The translations under genes and the position numbers were made by a program. Positions 36,101 through 44,869 of a DNA stretch of 64,000 nt are shown here, piece by piece (within the stretch, counting starts at the first letter, position 1; each line of letters starts with the position of its first letter). The notes beneath the pieces were generated by a model. That model was not told the DNA's origin and searched no databases. It saw only the letters and a list, made by a program, of their open reading frames with translations. Source of the DNA: Pseudomonadota bacterium (GTDB lineage: Bacteria; Pseudomonadota; Gammaproteobacteria; Steroidobacterales; Woeseiaceae); the NCBI GenBank assembly GCA_022572185.1, contig JACZWL010000001.1, positions 28,387 to 92,386 of the forward strand, in the 5' to 3' direction.

Positions 36101-37214
36101 CAACCCGATCGCTGAAGACGTAACCGTCACCGTTGAAGTCCAGCCACAGCTGTCGATTGAGTTGCAGGTCGTTGTCTGTCGCCACTTTGCCACGGCTGCG
36201 TTCGGCGATCGTCAGCGATTCGCCCGGTTCAATGCGAAAGGCCGGTAGTTCGACCCAGCCATCGGGCACCGACACCTGTGTCGGGTCAACAGGCCTCAGG
36301 GCTTCGGGCGCCGTCACTCTGAGCCGGTCGTTCGAGCGATAACTCCAGATCTCGGAATCCGGTAAATTGTGTTGGGGCGACGGCAATGTGATGCTGTTCA
36401 GCACACCGGGCCCCCGCGCAAGCAACGATATCTCCCATCTCCCCGGCCGCAGCTGCAGACGCAAATTGCCGTCCGGTTCGAACCGCGCCGGCAACTCGCT
36501 TTCGATCGCCAGTGGTACGAACCCATCGGGCAACGCAGGACCGATGAGTTCCTCGCGCACACTGCCTGCAACCTCTAAAAAAAGCGTCGTTGCCAATCGT
36601 GTCGGCACATCGTCAGCAACCAGACGGTAGACCTCGACACTTAGCGCGTCCTGTACCTGTTTCTGCTGCTCGCGCTCGCCCAGCCAGACACCGGATCGAT
36701 TCCGGTCCGGGCGGGAGACCCGGTCTCCGTCTATTGTCAGGTCAACCAGGCCCGTCTCGGCGGGAACCGCCAGCGTCCCCGGTCGTTCGTCCCATGCAAA
36801 CCGGCCCGCAATGTTGTAGCGGCCCGGTGAAAGCCGGATCGTGGGTGCTGAGCCGCGCATGACAACTGCGGCAGCCTGTCCGTTCGCGGTAACGCGCTGC
36901 GGCCAGTTTTCGGCGTTGCCAGGCAACGGCACCCACTCATCTGTCGCATAAATGGTCCATGACTGACTGAAACGCCCGCCGTGCGCATTAATATTCAGAC
37001 TAAGTTGGTCCGGCCAGGCACAAATGAACCCGTTGCGTGCGGCTTCCCTCTGATTGAAGAAGAACGGGCATTCACGGTATTCCTGATCCTGCAGGACCCA
37101 ACCCGTCCATGACTGCAGTTCATCCGGTATATGAACGTCTGTCCTCGCGGCGTCAGCAGCCGCCGCCGTCAGTACCAGCAAGAACAGAAGTATCGATTTC
37201 AGACAAGTGGACAT
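33105..37214 (-). CDS. Giant secreted/membrane-anchored protein, unknown family
   Basis: Uninterrupted 1369-aa ORF with an N-terminal signal peptide, two large non-hydrophobic domains and three clusters of TM helices. No recognisable motif. Confidence 0.7.
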   Translation of the reverse strand: MSTCLKSILLFLLVLTAAAADAARTDVHIPDELQSWTGWVLQDQEYRECPFFFNQREAARNGFICAWPDQLSLNINAHGGRFSQSWTIYATDEWVPLPGNAENWPQRVTANGQAAAVVMRGSAPTIRLSPGRYNIAGRFAWDERPGTLAVPAETGLVDLTIDGDRVSRPDRNRSGVWLGEREQQKQVQDALSVEVYRLVADDVPTRLATTLFLEVAGSVREELIGPALPDGFVPLAIESELPARFEPDGNLRLQLRPGRWEISLLARGPGVLNSITLPSPQHNLPDSEIWSYRSNDRLRVTAPEALRPVDPTQVSVPDGWVELPAFRIEPGESLTIAERSRGKVATDNDLQLNRQLWLDFNGDGYVFSDRVGGKMRSGWRLDMAVPYELLSAAEAGENLLVTRGDGEGLAGVELRQANVDLHALGRSETRGKMPVSGWQTTFNRVSTNLSLPPGHKLIAAVGADRSPGSWVDRWKLLDFFLVLIITIAAARLFGRATGAVAFFALTLSLHEFGAPEWTWLNMLAAIALLRVAPAGRLMRYLKLYRGFSFALLIVFLVPFVTGQLRIAIYPQLESQVARTFDVFGPASPADRAAALSSIAAEDQDFTSDARKRPEPGLLELGGAGDTLIVARKRAQARSYARYAPNAIVQAGPGRPSWRWNNYRLTWSGPVDAERTLRLFVMPRWLVSGVRFAAVLLLGAFAAVFAFEILNRRWQWPGGIAKTSGTTASALPGFLLVVAALTASPTANADTPSSAILVELEKRLLAAPPCTPNCAEIVDASVVVDADVLTVRLELHALEEVAVPLPGSLQGWRPEQILLNRAAATQVFLHSDNVLWIRVTEGRHQLTLRGPIPPVDSLELPFPAPPRVIRAESDAWFIAGIQDRRLLSGSLQLTRLQQQGEGDSTTRWESSRFPVFVRIEREIGMDLDWWVTTTVVRVAPQQGALTLQVPLLEGESITSEDFTVTDDEVLVTMNPGQNAVSWRSMLPRHSPLTLKARADGPWKEVWRFAVGSIWHTNFSGVPESESAYDDGDIRVAEFYPRAGETLTLVAGRPEASLGTTLAFDAVHMQTSVGERSRTVNLNLAYRSTRGSQHVIRLPDGAEISSVSIDGKTEPLRAESGELSIPILPGEHRVNIAWRNQRQMASRETVRDLDLAAAASNINLSIELPPNRWVLATSGPRLGPAVMYWSELAALVLFALILGRIKVTPLNTRHWVLLGLGFSTFSWSVLAVVVVWLLATGARRNWKPDVPWWQFNLLQVIFAMVSVIALASIVVSLPGGLLGTPDMHIAGNGSAGNTLRWFADRSDTVLPAASVFSLPMWTYKVLLLAWALWLSFALLRWLPWVWECFVSQGLWRPRRGLDLSGSAHKEP

Positions 37215-37303
37215 TTTCGACTCCCGAAGCCGGGTTGAGGGCTTTGTCTCCCTCGCACTATAACCGTGAACGCCAACTCGCGGTGATCAGGTCCAGTGCC
37301 GGC

Positions 37304-37612
37304 TCATTTGAACCAGAATTCTATTTCCGAAGTATCGAGTTCGAATCTCGCAGCATGCTCCTCATTCGCATCAAGGGAGTACCAGTCGCCGACTCCGTAT
37401 CTCGTCTCCCTTCCCCCACTGGTCAGAAACAATTCCCCCTGCGTAATCACACCGCAATTTCTTGTCGGGTGCACGTGTGGCTCGATCTCGGTGCCAGCCG
37501 GATAGGTGGCAAACAATACGTCGCAGTCGCCTGCCTTGAGCCGATAAGCATCGAACGGGCCTTCGAAGCCTGGTAATTGACGAATGATTTCAGGGAAATG
37601 GTCCTGTTTCAT
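37304..37612 (-). CDS. Cupin-domain protein
   Basis: Cupin core (GTEIEPHVHP...GDWYSLDANEEHAA). Start set at the ATG at 37612, because the longer ORF start (37672) lies inside the 170-bp repeat. Confidence 0.65.
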   Translation of the reverse strand: MKQDHFPEIIRQLPGFEGPFDAYRLKAGDCDVLFATYPAGTEIEPHVHPTRNCGVITQGELFLTSGGRETRYGVGDWYSLDANEEHAARFELDTSEIEFWFK

Positions 37613-37644
37613 GGTTTCGCTCTCCAGAGAGAATTCAAGCGCCC

Positions 37645-37814
37645 CTAAGCTGATGTTGAAAAAGTCATCCATGACTTATTCAACCACGCGATCCGAAAAG
37701 TGCGATTTTCGGATCGCTCACATTTTTGATGGCCGTAAGCCATTAAAAATGACGGTACATCCCTGTACCGACCAGCACGCCGCCAAAAAACAGGGTTTTT
37801 CAACAGCCGGCTAA
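37645..37814 (-). repeat. 170-bp multi-hairpin intergenic repeat, copy A (inverted relative to copy B)
   Basis: Its reverse complement aligns end to end with 44870..45039. Shared hairpins include GGTACAGGGATGTACC and GATCCGAAAA-N6-TTTTCGGATC, plus GTTGAAAAA-containing terminal inverted repeats. Confidence 0.8.
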
Positions 37815-38026
37815 TAGTGCGGTGGACGTTCATCTGTTGCTTGATCGGCAGACGAGCCATCCAGCAGCGATTTCATTCTATCAAGCAAGGACCGGCAGAA
37901 AACTTCGAGCTCGCTTATTTGGGCTTGCTGGTCCGTCAGGGCATCGTTGAGCTTGGACAGAAGGTGTTCCTGGTGAGCCAGCTTCGTCTCGATCTCGATC
38001 ACGCGGTTGTCATCCAAGGTCATCAC
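37811..38026 (-). CDS. slyX: SlyX-family protein
   Basis: 71-aa coiled-coil protein with a typical SlyX N-terminus (RVIEIETKLAHQEHLLSKLN). Its stop codon lies inside repeat copy A. Confidence 0.7.
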   Translation of the reverse strand: MMTLDDNRVIEIETKLAHQEHLLSKLNDALTDQQAQISELEVFCRSLLDRMKSLLDGSSADQATDERPPHY

Positions 38027-38144
38027 CTCCGTTGGCAGCCACAGACATTACGACTGTCACGCAAATTGTTCAATCCGATTCGCTACCGTTTTCGACCAGC
38101 GTGTATGCTTGTCACACCAGCAACATTTCGATTTAGATTTCCGC

Positions 38145-40055
38145 ATGTCTCTCGTTCATTTCAAAGAAGTGTCGCTCGAGCTTGGCGACCAGAAAATTCT
38201 GACTCAGGCCGATTTCACCATCGAGCCGGGCGAACGCGTTTGCCTTATCGGACGTAATGGCGCCGGCAAATCGACGACCCTGAGACTGATAACTGCCGAA
38301 ATCGAGCCTGACTCAGGCGACATCGTTCGCAGGTCAGGGCTTGTCATCAGCCAACTTGCCCAGTCGCTGCCCGAGGCAATAGATATGCAGGTCAGCGAAG
38401 TCGTGAAATCAGGGCTCGCTGGCATTCAGCTGCTACTCGACGAATATCGCAGGCGCTCGCAGGAAAAGCTCGACCAGCAGGGCCTGCGTGAACTCGAGAA
38501 TCTTCATCAACTGATAGACGCGCACGGAGGCTGGCACATCGAACAACGTGTCGTGACGACGATGACCGAACTCAGTCTGCCCGCTGACCGGAGAATGAAT
38601 GAGCTATCGGGCGGCTGGCGCCGCCGTGTGGCACTGGCCAAAGCCCTCGTACAAAAACCGGACTTGTTGCTACTGGATGAGCCGACAAATCACCTGGATA
38701 TCGTCACAATAAAGTGGCTCGAGAACACGGTACATACCTATCCAGGCGCCGTCATCTTCATCACACATGACCGTGCGTTTCTGCAGCGCCTGGCGACCCG
38801 GATTCTGGATATCGATCGGGGTAAATTGACGAGTTGGCCCGGTGACTACCACAAATATGTGATTAATAAAGAAAAACGCCTTGAAGACGAATCCCGCGGA
38901 AACGCGAAGTTCGACAAGAAACTCGAGCAGGAGGAGATCTGGGTTCGGCAGGGTATCAAGGCGCGCCGAACGCGGAACGAGGGACGTGCCAGGGCGCTCG
39001 TGAAAATGCGTGAAGAAAGGTCCAGGCGCATTGCCAGAGAAAAGGGCGCACGAATACACATCGAAGAAGCGGAACGATCGGGACGCAAAGTCATTCGGGC
39101 CCGTAAGGCCAGTTATCGGTATCACGATGAGCCGCTTATCGAAGACTTTTCAATCAACATAATGCGCGGTGATCGAATTGGCCTGCTCGGCAACAACGGA
39201 GTCGGCAAGACAACATTACTGCGCTTGTTGCTCGGCGAACTCGAGCCACAGTCGGGTGTCATTAAACACGGCACCAACCTGAAGATCGGATATTTCGACC
39301 AGCTGCGTCAGACGCTGGATCTCGACAAATCCGTGGCGGAAAACGTCGGCGGTGGGCGGACATACATCAAACTCAACGGCAAGGACCGTCATATCATTGG
39401 TTACCTGAAAGGCTTTCTTTTCAGTCCCAAACGATCGTTGATGCCGGTGAAAGCGCTGTCAGGCGGAGAGAGGAATCGCATCATTCTTGCGAAATTATTT
39501 ACGCAGCCCGCCAATCTCCTGGTCCTGGACGAGCCAACCAACGATCTCGATATGGAAACCCTGGAAGTGCTTGAGGAGAAACTGGCCGAATTCAATGGCA
39601 CATTGATCATCGTCAGTCACGACAGGCAATTCCTCGACAACGTCATAACCAGTACATTGGTGTTCGAAGCCGATGGCAGTATCCAGGAATACGCAGGCGG
39701 CTATAGCGACTGGGCCCGCCGGGGAAAGGAACTGGCCGAGGCCGATAATCCGAATGTGAAAAAACGCAGTCAGCGCGGGCGCCGAAAATCACCGGACAGG
39801 CAGCGGCCGAAGAAACTCGGCTTCAAGGAACAGCGTGAACTCGAGCAACTCCCGTCGGCTATTCAGCAACTTGAAGCGACCGTTGCCGGTCTGGAGGAGC
39901 AGATATCGGCTCCCGACTTCTACAGCCAGGACCACGTCGAAGTCGAGAAGGTCCTGACGCAGCTCAAGGAAGACCACGCAGCGCTCGACAGGGCGATCGA
40001 GCGCTGGGCCGAGCTGGAACAACGGCAACAATCGTATCGTAGCAGCCCGTCCTGA
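38145..40055 (+). CDS. uup: ABC-F family ATPase Uup
   Basis: Two ABC cassettes (GRNGAGKST, GNNGVGKTT) and a basic coiled-coil C-terminus. Start at the ATG at 38145 (MSLVHFKEVSL). Confidence 0.9.
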   Translation: MSLVHFKEVSLELGDQKILTQADFTIEPGERVCLIGRNGAGKSTTLRLITAEIEPDSGDIVRRSGLVISQLAQSLPEAIDMQVSEVVKSGLAGIQLLLDEYRRRSQEKLDQQGLRELENLHQLIDAHGGWHIEQRVVTTMTELSLPADRRMNELSGGWRRRVALAKALVQKPDLLLLDEPTNHLDIVTIKWLENTVHTYPGAVIFITHDRAFLQRLATRILDIDRGKLTSWPGDYHKYVINKEKRLEDESRGNAKFDKKLEQEEIWVRQGIKARRTRNEGRARALVKMREERSRRIAREKGARIHIEEAERSGRKVIRARKASYRYHDEPLIEDFSINIMRGDRIGLLGNNGVGKTTLLRLLLGELEPQSGVIKHGTNLKIGYFDQLRQTLDLDKSVAENVGGGRTYIKLNGKDRHIIGYLKGFLFSPKRSLMPVKALSGGERNRIILAKLFTQPANLLVLDEPTNDLDMETLEVLEEKLAEFNGTLIIVSHDRQFLDNVITSTLVFEADGSIQEYAGGYSDWARRGKELAEADNPNVKKRSQRGRRKSPDRQRPKKLGFKEQRELEQLPSAIQQLEATVAGLEEQISAPDFYSQDHVEVEKVLTQLKEDHAALDRAIERWAELEQRQQSYRSSPS

Positions 40056-40071
40056 CGGGCGACAACTTACA

Positions 40072-40419
40072 TCAAATGAGCTGCAATACAATCGCCACCT
40101 GACAGGCAAAGCCTGCGACAAAGGCCAGTGTCCGCACCCAGGGAATCGCGAATGTGTATGCGAGAAGATGCACGACACGCGACCAAAGGTAGATAGTGCA
40201 GGCGAGAACCGTGGTTTCGTTGCTGACGCCGGCCGCGTTTGCGATCAGCACCAGCGCAGCAAAAACAACAAGGTTTTTGACGGCGTTCGCGTGTGCCGCT
40301 TTCATTTTTTGCGCCCATCCAGCGAGCGGTTTCGGATCTGCAGGATAGCCAACGGCATCCACCAGCCCGCGAACGGCAATCATGTTCAGGGTATAGGGCA
40401 TCCACAGGATCGCTGTCAA
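40072..40419 (-). CDS. MAPEG-family membrane protein
   Basis: 115 aa with 3-4 TM helices, MAPEG-like. Confidence 0.6.
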   Translation of the reverse strand: MTAILWMPYTLNMIAVRGLVDAVGYPADPKPLAGWAQKMKAAHANAVKNLVVFAALVLIANAAGVSNETTVLACTIYLWSRVVHLLAYTFAIPWVRTLAFVAGFACQVAIVLQLI

Positions 40420-40476
40420 TGCGGTTACTCAGGTGAGACTCATCAGTTCACTGCTCATGATCTTCTCCCTGTTTGT

Positions 40477-40857
40477 TTATTCCCATTGATTGGCTTTTTT
40501 TTCGAAATCGGCGCTGCTAACCGGCACGATGCAAAACCGCTGGCCGGTTGGCGCCTCCATCACGCACCATTTCTTTATGTTGGCAATTCTCTTCGCACCC
40601 AATGCTTCAAGCCTGTCCGCCTCGGCTTCGATGTCATCAGATTCAATATCAATGTGGACCCGGCTCGGATGCTTGACGGCCTGCACCTCAACATAGTTTT
40701 CGCCTGCCGGCATCACGAGTTCTACGTACGGGCTTTCCTCAATGTTTGCGGCCGACTTCGGTGGAGCGCCGAGCGCCTTGCCCCAAAAGGCGGCGGCAGC
40801 ATCGAGGTCGTCGGTTTCACAGTCGATGAGCAGTCCGGCCAGTCTGCTGCGGTGCAT
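40477..40857 (-). CDS. VOC (glyoxalase/bleomycin-resistance) family protein
   Basis: 126 aa, VOC-fold-like sequence. Confidence 0.7.
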   Translation of the reverse strand: MHRSRLAGLLIDCETDDLDAAAAFWGKALGAPPKSAANIEESPYVELVMPAGENYVEVQAVKHPSRVHIDIESDDIEAEADRLEALGAKRIANIKKWCVMEAPTGQRFCIVPVSSADFEKKANQWE

Positions 40858-40876
40858 GTTTGACTCTCCTTTGCCT

Positions 40877-41434
40877 TTACAGATCCGCCTGGTGCACCAC
40901 CGGGCGAGTCATATAAATGCAGGTATCGGCCATCTCGTCGCCAACGGGCATCTGCCGCTCCTCGAATCCCATTCCCGCGTAGCAGGCCTGCGCAGGATAG
41001 TTGTCTTTGCAGACATACAGCGAATACTCCTGGAGCGGAAAACTCTCGCGCCCTATTCTCATCAGCAGTGCGACAAGCTGCTTGCCAATACCCTGCCTGC
41101 GTCGGTTCGGAGACACCACAAGTCGGGCGAGATTGACCCGTCCGAGGCGCTCGTAAATCTGCCCAAACGCCAGCATGTCTCCGGCCGGATCGACCAGGCG
41201 GTAGCTATCGATCTGCTGCCAATGCACATCTTCGAAAAATGTCTCCGCTGTAAACGGATAGCGAAACTTCGGGCCGCCCCAGATGCGGACGCTCCGAGCC
41301 GTTGGAAACCAGGATATCAAACGGCTGATATCCACCTCGGTGGCAGCGTTGAGCTTTATATCGCCAACATTCAATGTGCACGATTCTTGTTGTAAAGCGT
41401 TGTTCGGACGTGCGTCCATTACTTGAGGATACAC
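40877..41434 (-). CDS. GNAT-family N-acetyltransferase
   Basis: 185 aa with the RRQGIGKQLV acetyl-CoA motif. GTG start. Confidence 0.7.
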   Translation of the reverse strand: MYPQVMDARPNNALQQESCTLNVGDIKLNAATEVDISRLISWFPTARSVRIWGGPKFRYPFTAETFFEDVHWQQIDSYRLVDPAGDMLAFGQIYERLGRVNLARLVVSPNRRRQGIGKQLVALLMRIGRESFPLQEYSLYVCKDNYPAQACYAGMGFEERQMPVGDEMADTCIYMTRPVVHQADL

Positions 41435-41474
41435 AAAAAAGCCCGATGCATAACTGCTCAGTTACACATCGGGC
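41435..41474 (-). terminator. Rho-independent terminator downstream of the csp gene
   Basis: Stem GCCCGATG...CATCGGGC (41441-41474), followed by a T6 run on the minus strand. Confidence 0.6.
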
Positions 41475-41533
41475 CGTATGCTTATTGACCACCTGCCACC
41501 AGATCCGGCGGCCGGATGTTGCGCGGAACTCGC

Positions 41534-41743
41534 CTATAGAGGCGTAACGTTCTCTGCCTGTGGTCCTTTCTCTCCCTGAGTCACTTGCATTGAGACCTTC
41601 TGGCCCTCGTGCAAGGTCTTGCGACCATCAGTGGTGATAGCGCTGAAGTGAACAAAAACATCTTTTCCGCCTTCACGTTCGATAAAGCCGAAACCCTTTT
41701 CATCATTGAACCACTTAACGGTCCCTTCTACTTGCTCTGACAT
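41534..41743 (-). CDS. Cold-shock protein, CspA family
   Basis: 69 aa with RNP1/RNP2 motifs ([14 protein letters not shown]). Confidence 0.9.
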   Translation of the reverse strand: MSEQVEGTVKWFNDEKGFGFIEREGGKDVFVHFSAITTDGRKTLHEGQKVSMQVTQGEKGPQAENVTPL

Positions 41744-41830
41744 ATTTCTCTCTTACATTTCGTTGCCATCTCTGATGGCGTTTTAAATACCGGCGAAATT
41801 GCCGGCGGTTTGCTCTCTACCCTGACAAAT

Positions 41831-41853
41831 AAAAAATCAGCGCAGGGCGCTGA
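41831..41853 (-). terminator. Rho-independent terminator downstream of the SRPBCC gene
   Basis: Stem TCAGCGC-AGG-GCGCTGA, followed by a T6 run on the minus strand. Confidence 0.5.
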
Positions 41854-41999
41854 CGCTATTCGGCAGGAATTAGATGACCGTATGGTACGCCGACCGGGCC
41901 ACAGTTCAAATTTTCCGGTCGATCGAATTTGACCGTGACATCATAAAATGTAGAAAATTGACGAAACGCCTTGTTTTCAGGGGTTCCCGGGGCCTGCCG

Positions 42000-42401
42000 T
42001 CACTTTTCCCGCCTTTGCAGATAAGTGAGCCAGGGCGCAAAGTAGCGCGATTCCCATCCGCCTGAAACGCCCTGAAAGTCGTTTTCGGGCACATCCAGAT
42101 GGATGAGATCAATACGCCCGTCATCGTCCTCAGGCGAGAATGAAATGATCAGCGTCGAGTCCGGGTCTTCATCGGCGAAATTAACAGATCGCCACGACTG
42201 GACGATCAACATCGGTTTGACAACCTGCAGCATCGTGCCTGTCAACAGTCCACCGAAGGCTTCAAACGGCGACCCGGGTTCCTCGCTGATGCTGGCGGGC
42301 GCTCCGGTGAACGCCGCGTGTATTTCAGCGTCCATATACATCGCAAAGAGTTCCGCCGGACTGCCCGGCAAAACGACGGTTTTATAAATCGTGCTGCGCA
42401 T
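42000..42401 (-). CDS. SRPBCC/AHSA1-domain protein
   Basis: 133 aa. N-terminus typical of Aha1-like SRPBCC proteins (VVLPGSPAELFAMYMDAEIHAAFTG). Confidence 0.7.
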   Translation of the reverse strand: MRSTIYKTVVLPGSPAELFAMYMDAEIHAAFTGAPASISEEPGSPFEAFGGLLTGTMLQVVKPMLIVQSWRSVNFADEDPDSTLIISFSPEDDDGRIDLIHLDVPENDFQGVSGGWESRYFAPWLTYLQRREK

Positions 42402-42492
42402 CCTGCCTCTCCCGCCCTTCCGACTGTTGCCCTATGTATAGCGCATTAGCGGCCCTATGTCCTGACGCTCAAGCCTCGCGGGTCGGGCCATT

Positions 42493-42506
42493 ATTGACCG
42501 GTCAAT
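42493..42506. promoter_or_regulatory. Perfect 14-bp palindrome ATTGACCGGTCAAT (possible operator)
   Basis: Read directly from the sequence. About 90 nt upstream of the SRPBCC gene start. Confidence 0.25.
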
Positions 42507-42529
42507 GATCTGACTTTGTTTTCTGAAAA

Positions 42530-42883
42530 TCAGCTCAGTTTCGACTGAAAGCTGACCGGGAGCCCGCCCGGTGCGTTCAAATAATAGATGCGTTCCCCGT
42601 GTTCATCCATTGGTCCGGTCGGCTCGAGTCCGTTCTTGCGCGCGTTTTCCGCCCACGCATCGGCATCGTCAACGACTATCTGCAGCATGATTCCCGGCGG
42701 CATTCCCGGCCCTTCAGGCCAGACTTCTATCCAGCTCTTACCAGCCGGGAAGACCGCACCGCTGAACGGCGCACCGTCTTCCGTGAATTTCTTCCCGGGA
42801 AGCCCGAGGCCGTTACCGAGAAAGGTCGCGATCTCTTCGGCTTCAGCCGAAACTGAACAGAAACGAATTCCCAACACCTGCAT
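42530..42883 (-). CDS. VOC-family protein
   Basis: 117 aa, glyoxalase-like fold pattern. Confidence 0.6.
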   Translation of the reverse strand: MQVLGIRFCSVSAEAEEIATFLGNGLGLPGKKFTEDGAPFSGAVFPAGKSWIEVWPEGPGMPPGIMLQIVVDDADAWAENARKNGLEPTGPMDEHGERIYYLNAPGGLPVSFQSKLS

Positions 42884-42903
42884 GTCGAACTCTCCGTTCC
42901 CGG

Positions 42904-43368
42904 TCAGCTTTCCTGCCCGGCAAAATATCGTTCAAAAGCCCTGTGCCTGGTATCGGGGGCGATCTCGATGATCTCGCCGGCGACGTTCAGCATATCCATC
43001 TCGTCGACACTCGTGTGGCCGTCCGCGGCGGCGACTTTCAAGAGCATGACCGCAATATCCTCTTTCTCCTCAGGGGTCAGTATGTGGCCGAGCTCTCGCA
43101 GCAGGCTATTCAGGTCCGGGTTCTCGGCGAGATCGGCCATGGCCCGGGTCAGTAACGCCAGGGACTCGGCGCTGTGCAGATGAAAATGCTCCTCGACGAG
43201 CTGGAGCATTTTATCGGCTTCCTGTTCGGAGATGTTGCCATCGCCTTTTGCCACGCATACGAGGAGTGCGGCGACGAGGAACTGGGAATCATACGTTTCC
43301 GGGCCACTGCTGGTTTCGATGACGAGTGTTGTGCCCTCGAACCGGGGTTTTGCGGGTTCTTCAATCAA
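42904..43368 (-). CDS. TerB-like (tellurite-resistance/co-chaperone N-domain) protein
   Basis: 154 aa, helical, with DGNISEQEADKM and AADGHTSVDEMDML repeats as in TerB-family proteins. Confidence 0.55.
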   Translation of the reverse strand: MIEEPAKPRFEGTTLVIETSSGPETYDSQFLVAALLVCVAKGDGNISEQEADKMLQLVEEHFHLHSAESLALLTRAMADLAENPDLNSLLRELGHILTPEEKEDIAVMLLKVAAADGHTSVDEMDMLNVAGEIIEIAPDTRHRAFERYFAGQES

Positions 43369-43546
43369 TGTATTGCTCCCTTACTCTTTATCCGGCGGCC
43401 TCTATCGGCCGCCTGTGATGGCTTTTGGCTGCCAATGACAGCATTTCGATCGATATTTTGCCGGACTGGCTTATCAGTTTACCGAAGTCGGAGAATGCCG
43501 GCACGACACACATGCTTTTCAGCTTTGCCATCTCTGCCCCGGTTCA

Positions 43547-44167
43547 CTAACGGGTGCCGAAAAGCCGGTCGCCGGCATCGCCAAGCCCCGGCACGATGTA
43601 TTTCCGGTCGTCGAGATGATCATCAACGCTGGCCGTATATATTTTCACGTCCGGGTGCTCCGTCTCGACTAAGGCAATGCCTTCGGGACAGGTGACAATA
43701 CAGATAACGACAATGGTTGCAGCCCCCTGTTCCTTGAGAAAATCGATAGTCGCAGCAGTGGAGCCGCCGGTCGCGAGCATCGGGTCAATCACGATGCAGG
43801 TACCACCGTCGGTTTCTTTCGGTAATTTGTGATAGTAGGACACCGGTTTCTTCGTCCCCGCTTCGCGGTACATGCCTACAAAACCGACTCTGGCGGTAGG
43901 TACCAACCCAAGAATGCCCTCGAGCATGCCCACTCCGGCCCGAAGTATCGGGACGACCACCAGCTCATTGGCAATCTTGTGACCTGCCGCCTCCGCGAGC
44001 GGCGTTTGAACGGTGACCTCCTTAACCTCGATTTCCTTTAGTGCCTCGTAACACAGGAACATCGTGATTTCGGTCGCTAATTCGCGAAATTTTTTGTATC
44101 CGGTGTCCTTATTCCGAATCAGGGCCAGTTTATGTTGAACGCATGGGTGTTTGACTTCCTCGTGCAT
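43547..44167 (-). CDS. upp: Uracil phosphoribosyltransferase
   Basis: Upp motifs VPILRAG and DPMLATGGS. Start at the ATG at 44167 (MHEEVKHPCVQHKL); the track ORF extends to 44269. Confidence 0.9.
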   Translation of the reverse strand: MHEEVKHPCVQHKLALIRNKDTGYKKFRELATEITMFLCYEALKEIEVKEVTVQTPLAEAAGHKIANELVVVPILRAGVGMLEGILGLVPTARVGFVGMYREAGTKKPVSYYHKLPKETDGGTCIVIDPMLATGGSTAATIDFLKEQGAATIVVICIVTCPEGIALVETEHPDVKIYTASVDDHLDDRKYIVPGLGDAGDRLFGTR

Positions 44168-44498
44168 TGACCTTTGCTCCCTTGTTATCGGCCGCGAGTA
44201 TATAGCCAGCATACCAAGCTTGCATATTTCACCGGGGACCGTGGATCCTGGGTGAAATATGCCGGCCAACCGTCAGGTCAGTGAACCGGCCCTCGCTCAA
44301 CCGTACGAACTACCCGGTACATCAGTGCCAAACTGAATACCAGCAGAAACGGCGCTGTATAGACACCTGGAAAACAGGCGCCGGCGCAAAGACATCGAAT
44401 AGACGGAAATAGAATTCTTCGATCGAGTGAGCTGCCTGAGATATCGCGAGGCCCGGGAAAAGTCCGTTTTTCCCCATTTGCGTGTCGAGGGATTATCT

Positions 44499-44852
44499 CT
44501 ATTTGTCGGACCAGATCGCGTATTCATTTCCGTTGGGATCTGTGAAATGAAAGCGCTTGCCGCCCGGAAACGGGAAAACGTCGCGGCTGATCGTGCCGCC
44601 GAGTTCGACAACCCGGGCGCTCGCCGTGGCAAGGTCTTGTTTGTAGAAAACGAGCAGCGGGCTGCCCTTGTCAACCGCAACAGCGACATCCGCCCGCCGA
44701 AATCCTCCGCCCAGACGCCCGTCATGAAAGCTGCAGTAATCCGGACCGTAGTCCTCGAATTTCCAGCCAAACAGTGCCGTGAAAAACTCCCTGGCCCTGG
44801 CCGGATCCTTTGCGGGGATCTCGACATAGTCAATCATGTTTTCCGGCGTCAT
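44499..44852 (-). CDS. VOC-family protein
   Basis: 117 aa with a typical VOC N-terminus (IDYVEIPAKDPARAREFFTALFGW). Confidence 0.7.
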   Translation of the reverse strand: MTPENMIDYVEIPAKDPARAREFFTALFGWKFEDYGPDYCSFHDGRLGGGFRRADVAVAVDKGSPLLVFYKQDLATASARVVELGGTISRDVFPFPGGKRFHFTDPNGNEYAIWSDK

Positions 44853-44869
44853 GCTGTCTTCTCCATTAT

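Noticed and set aside
44297-44833. 178-aa minus-strand ORF
   Set aside because: It overlaps the VOC gene (44499-44852) out of frame and gives a low-complexity Arg/Ser-rich product.
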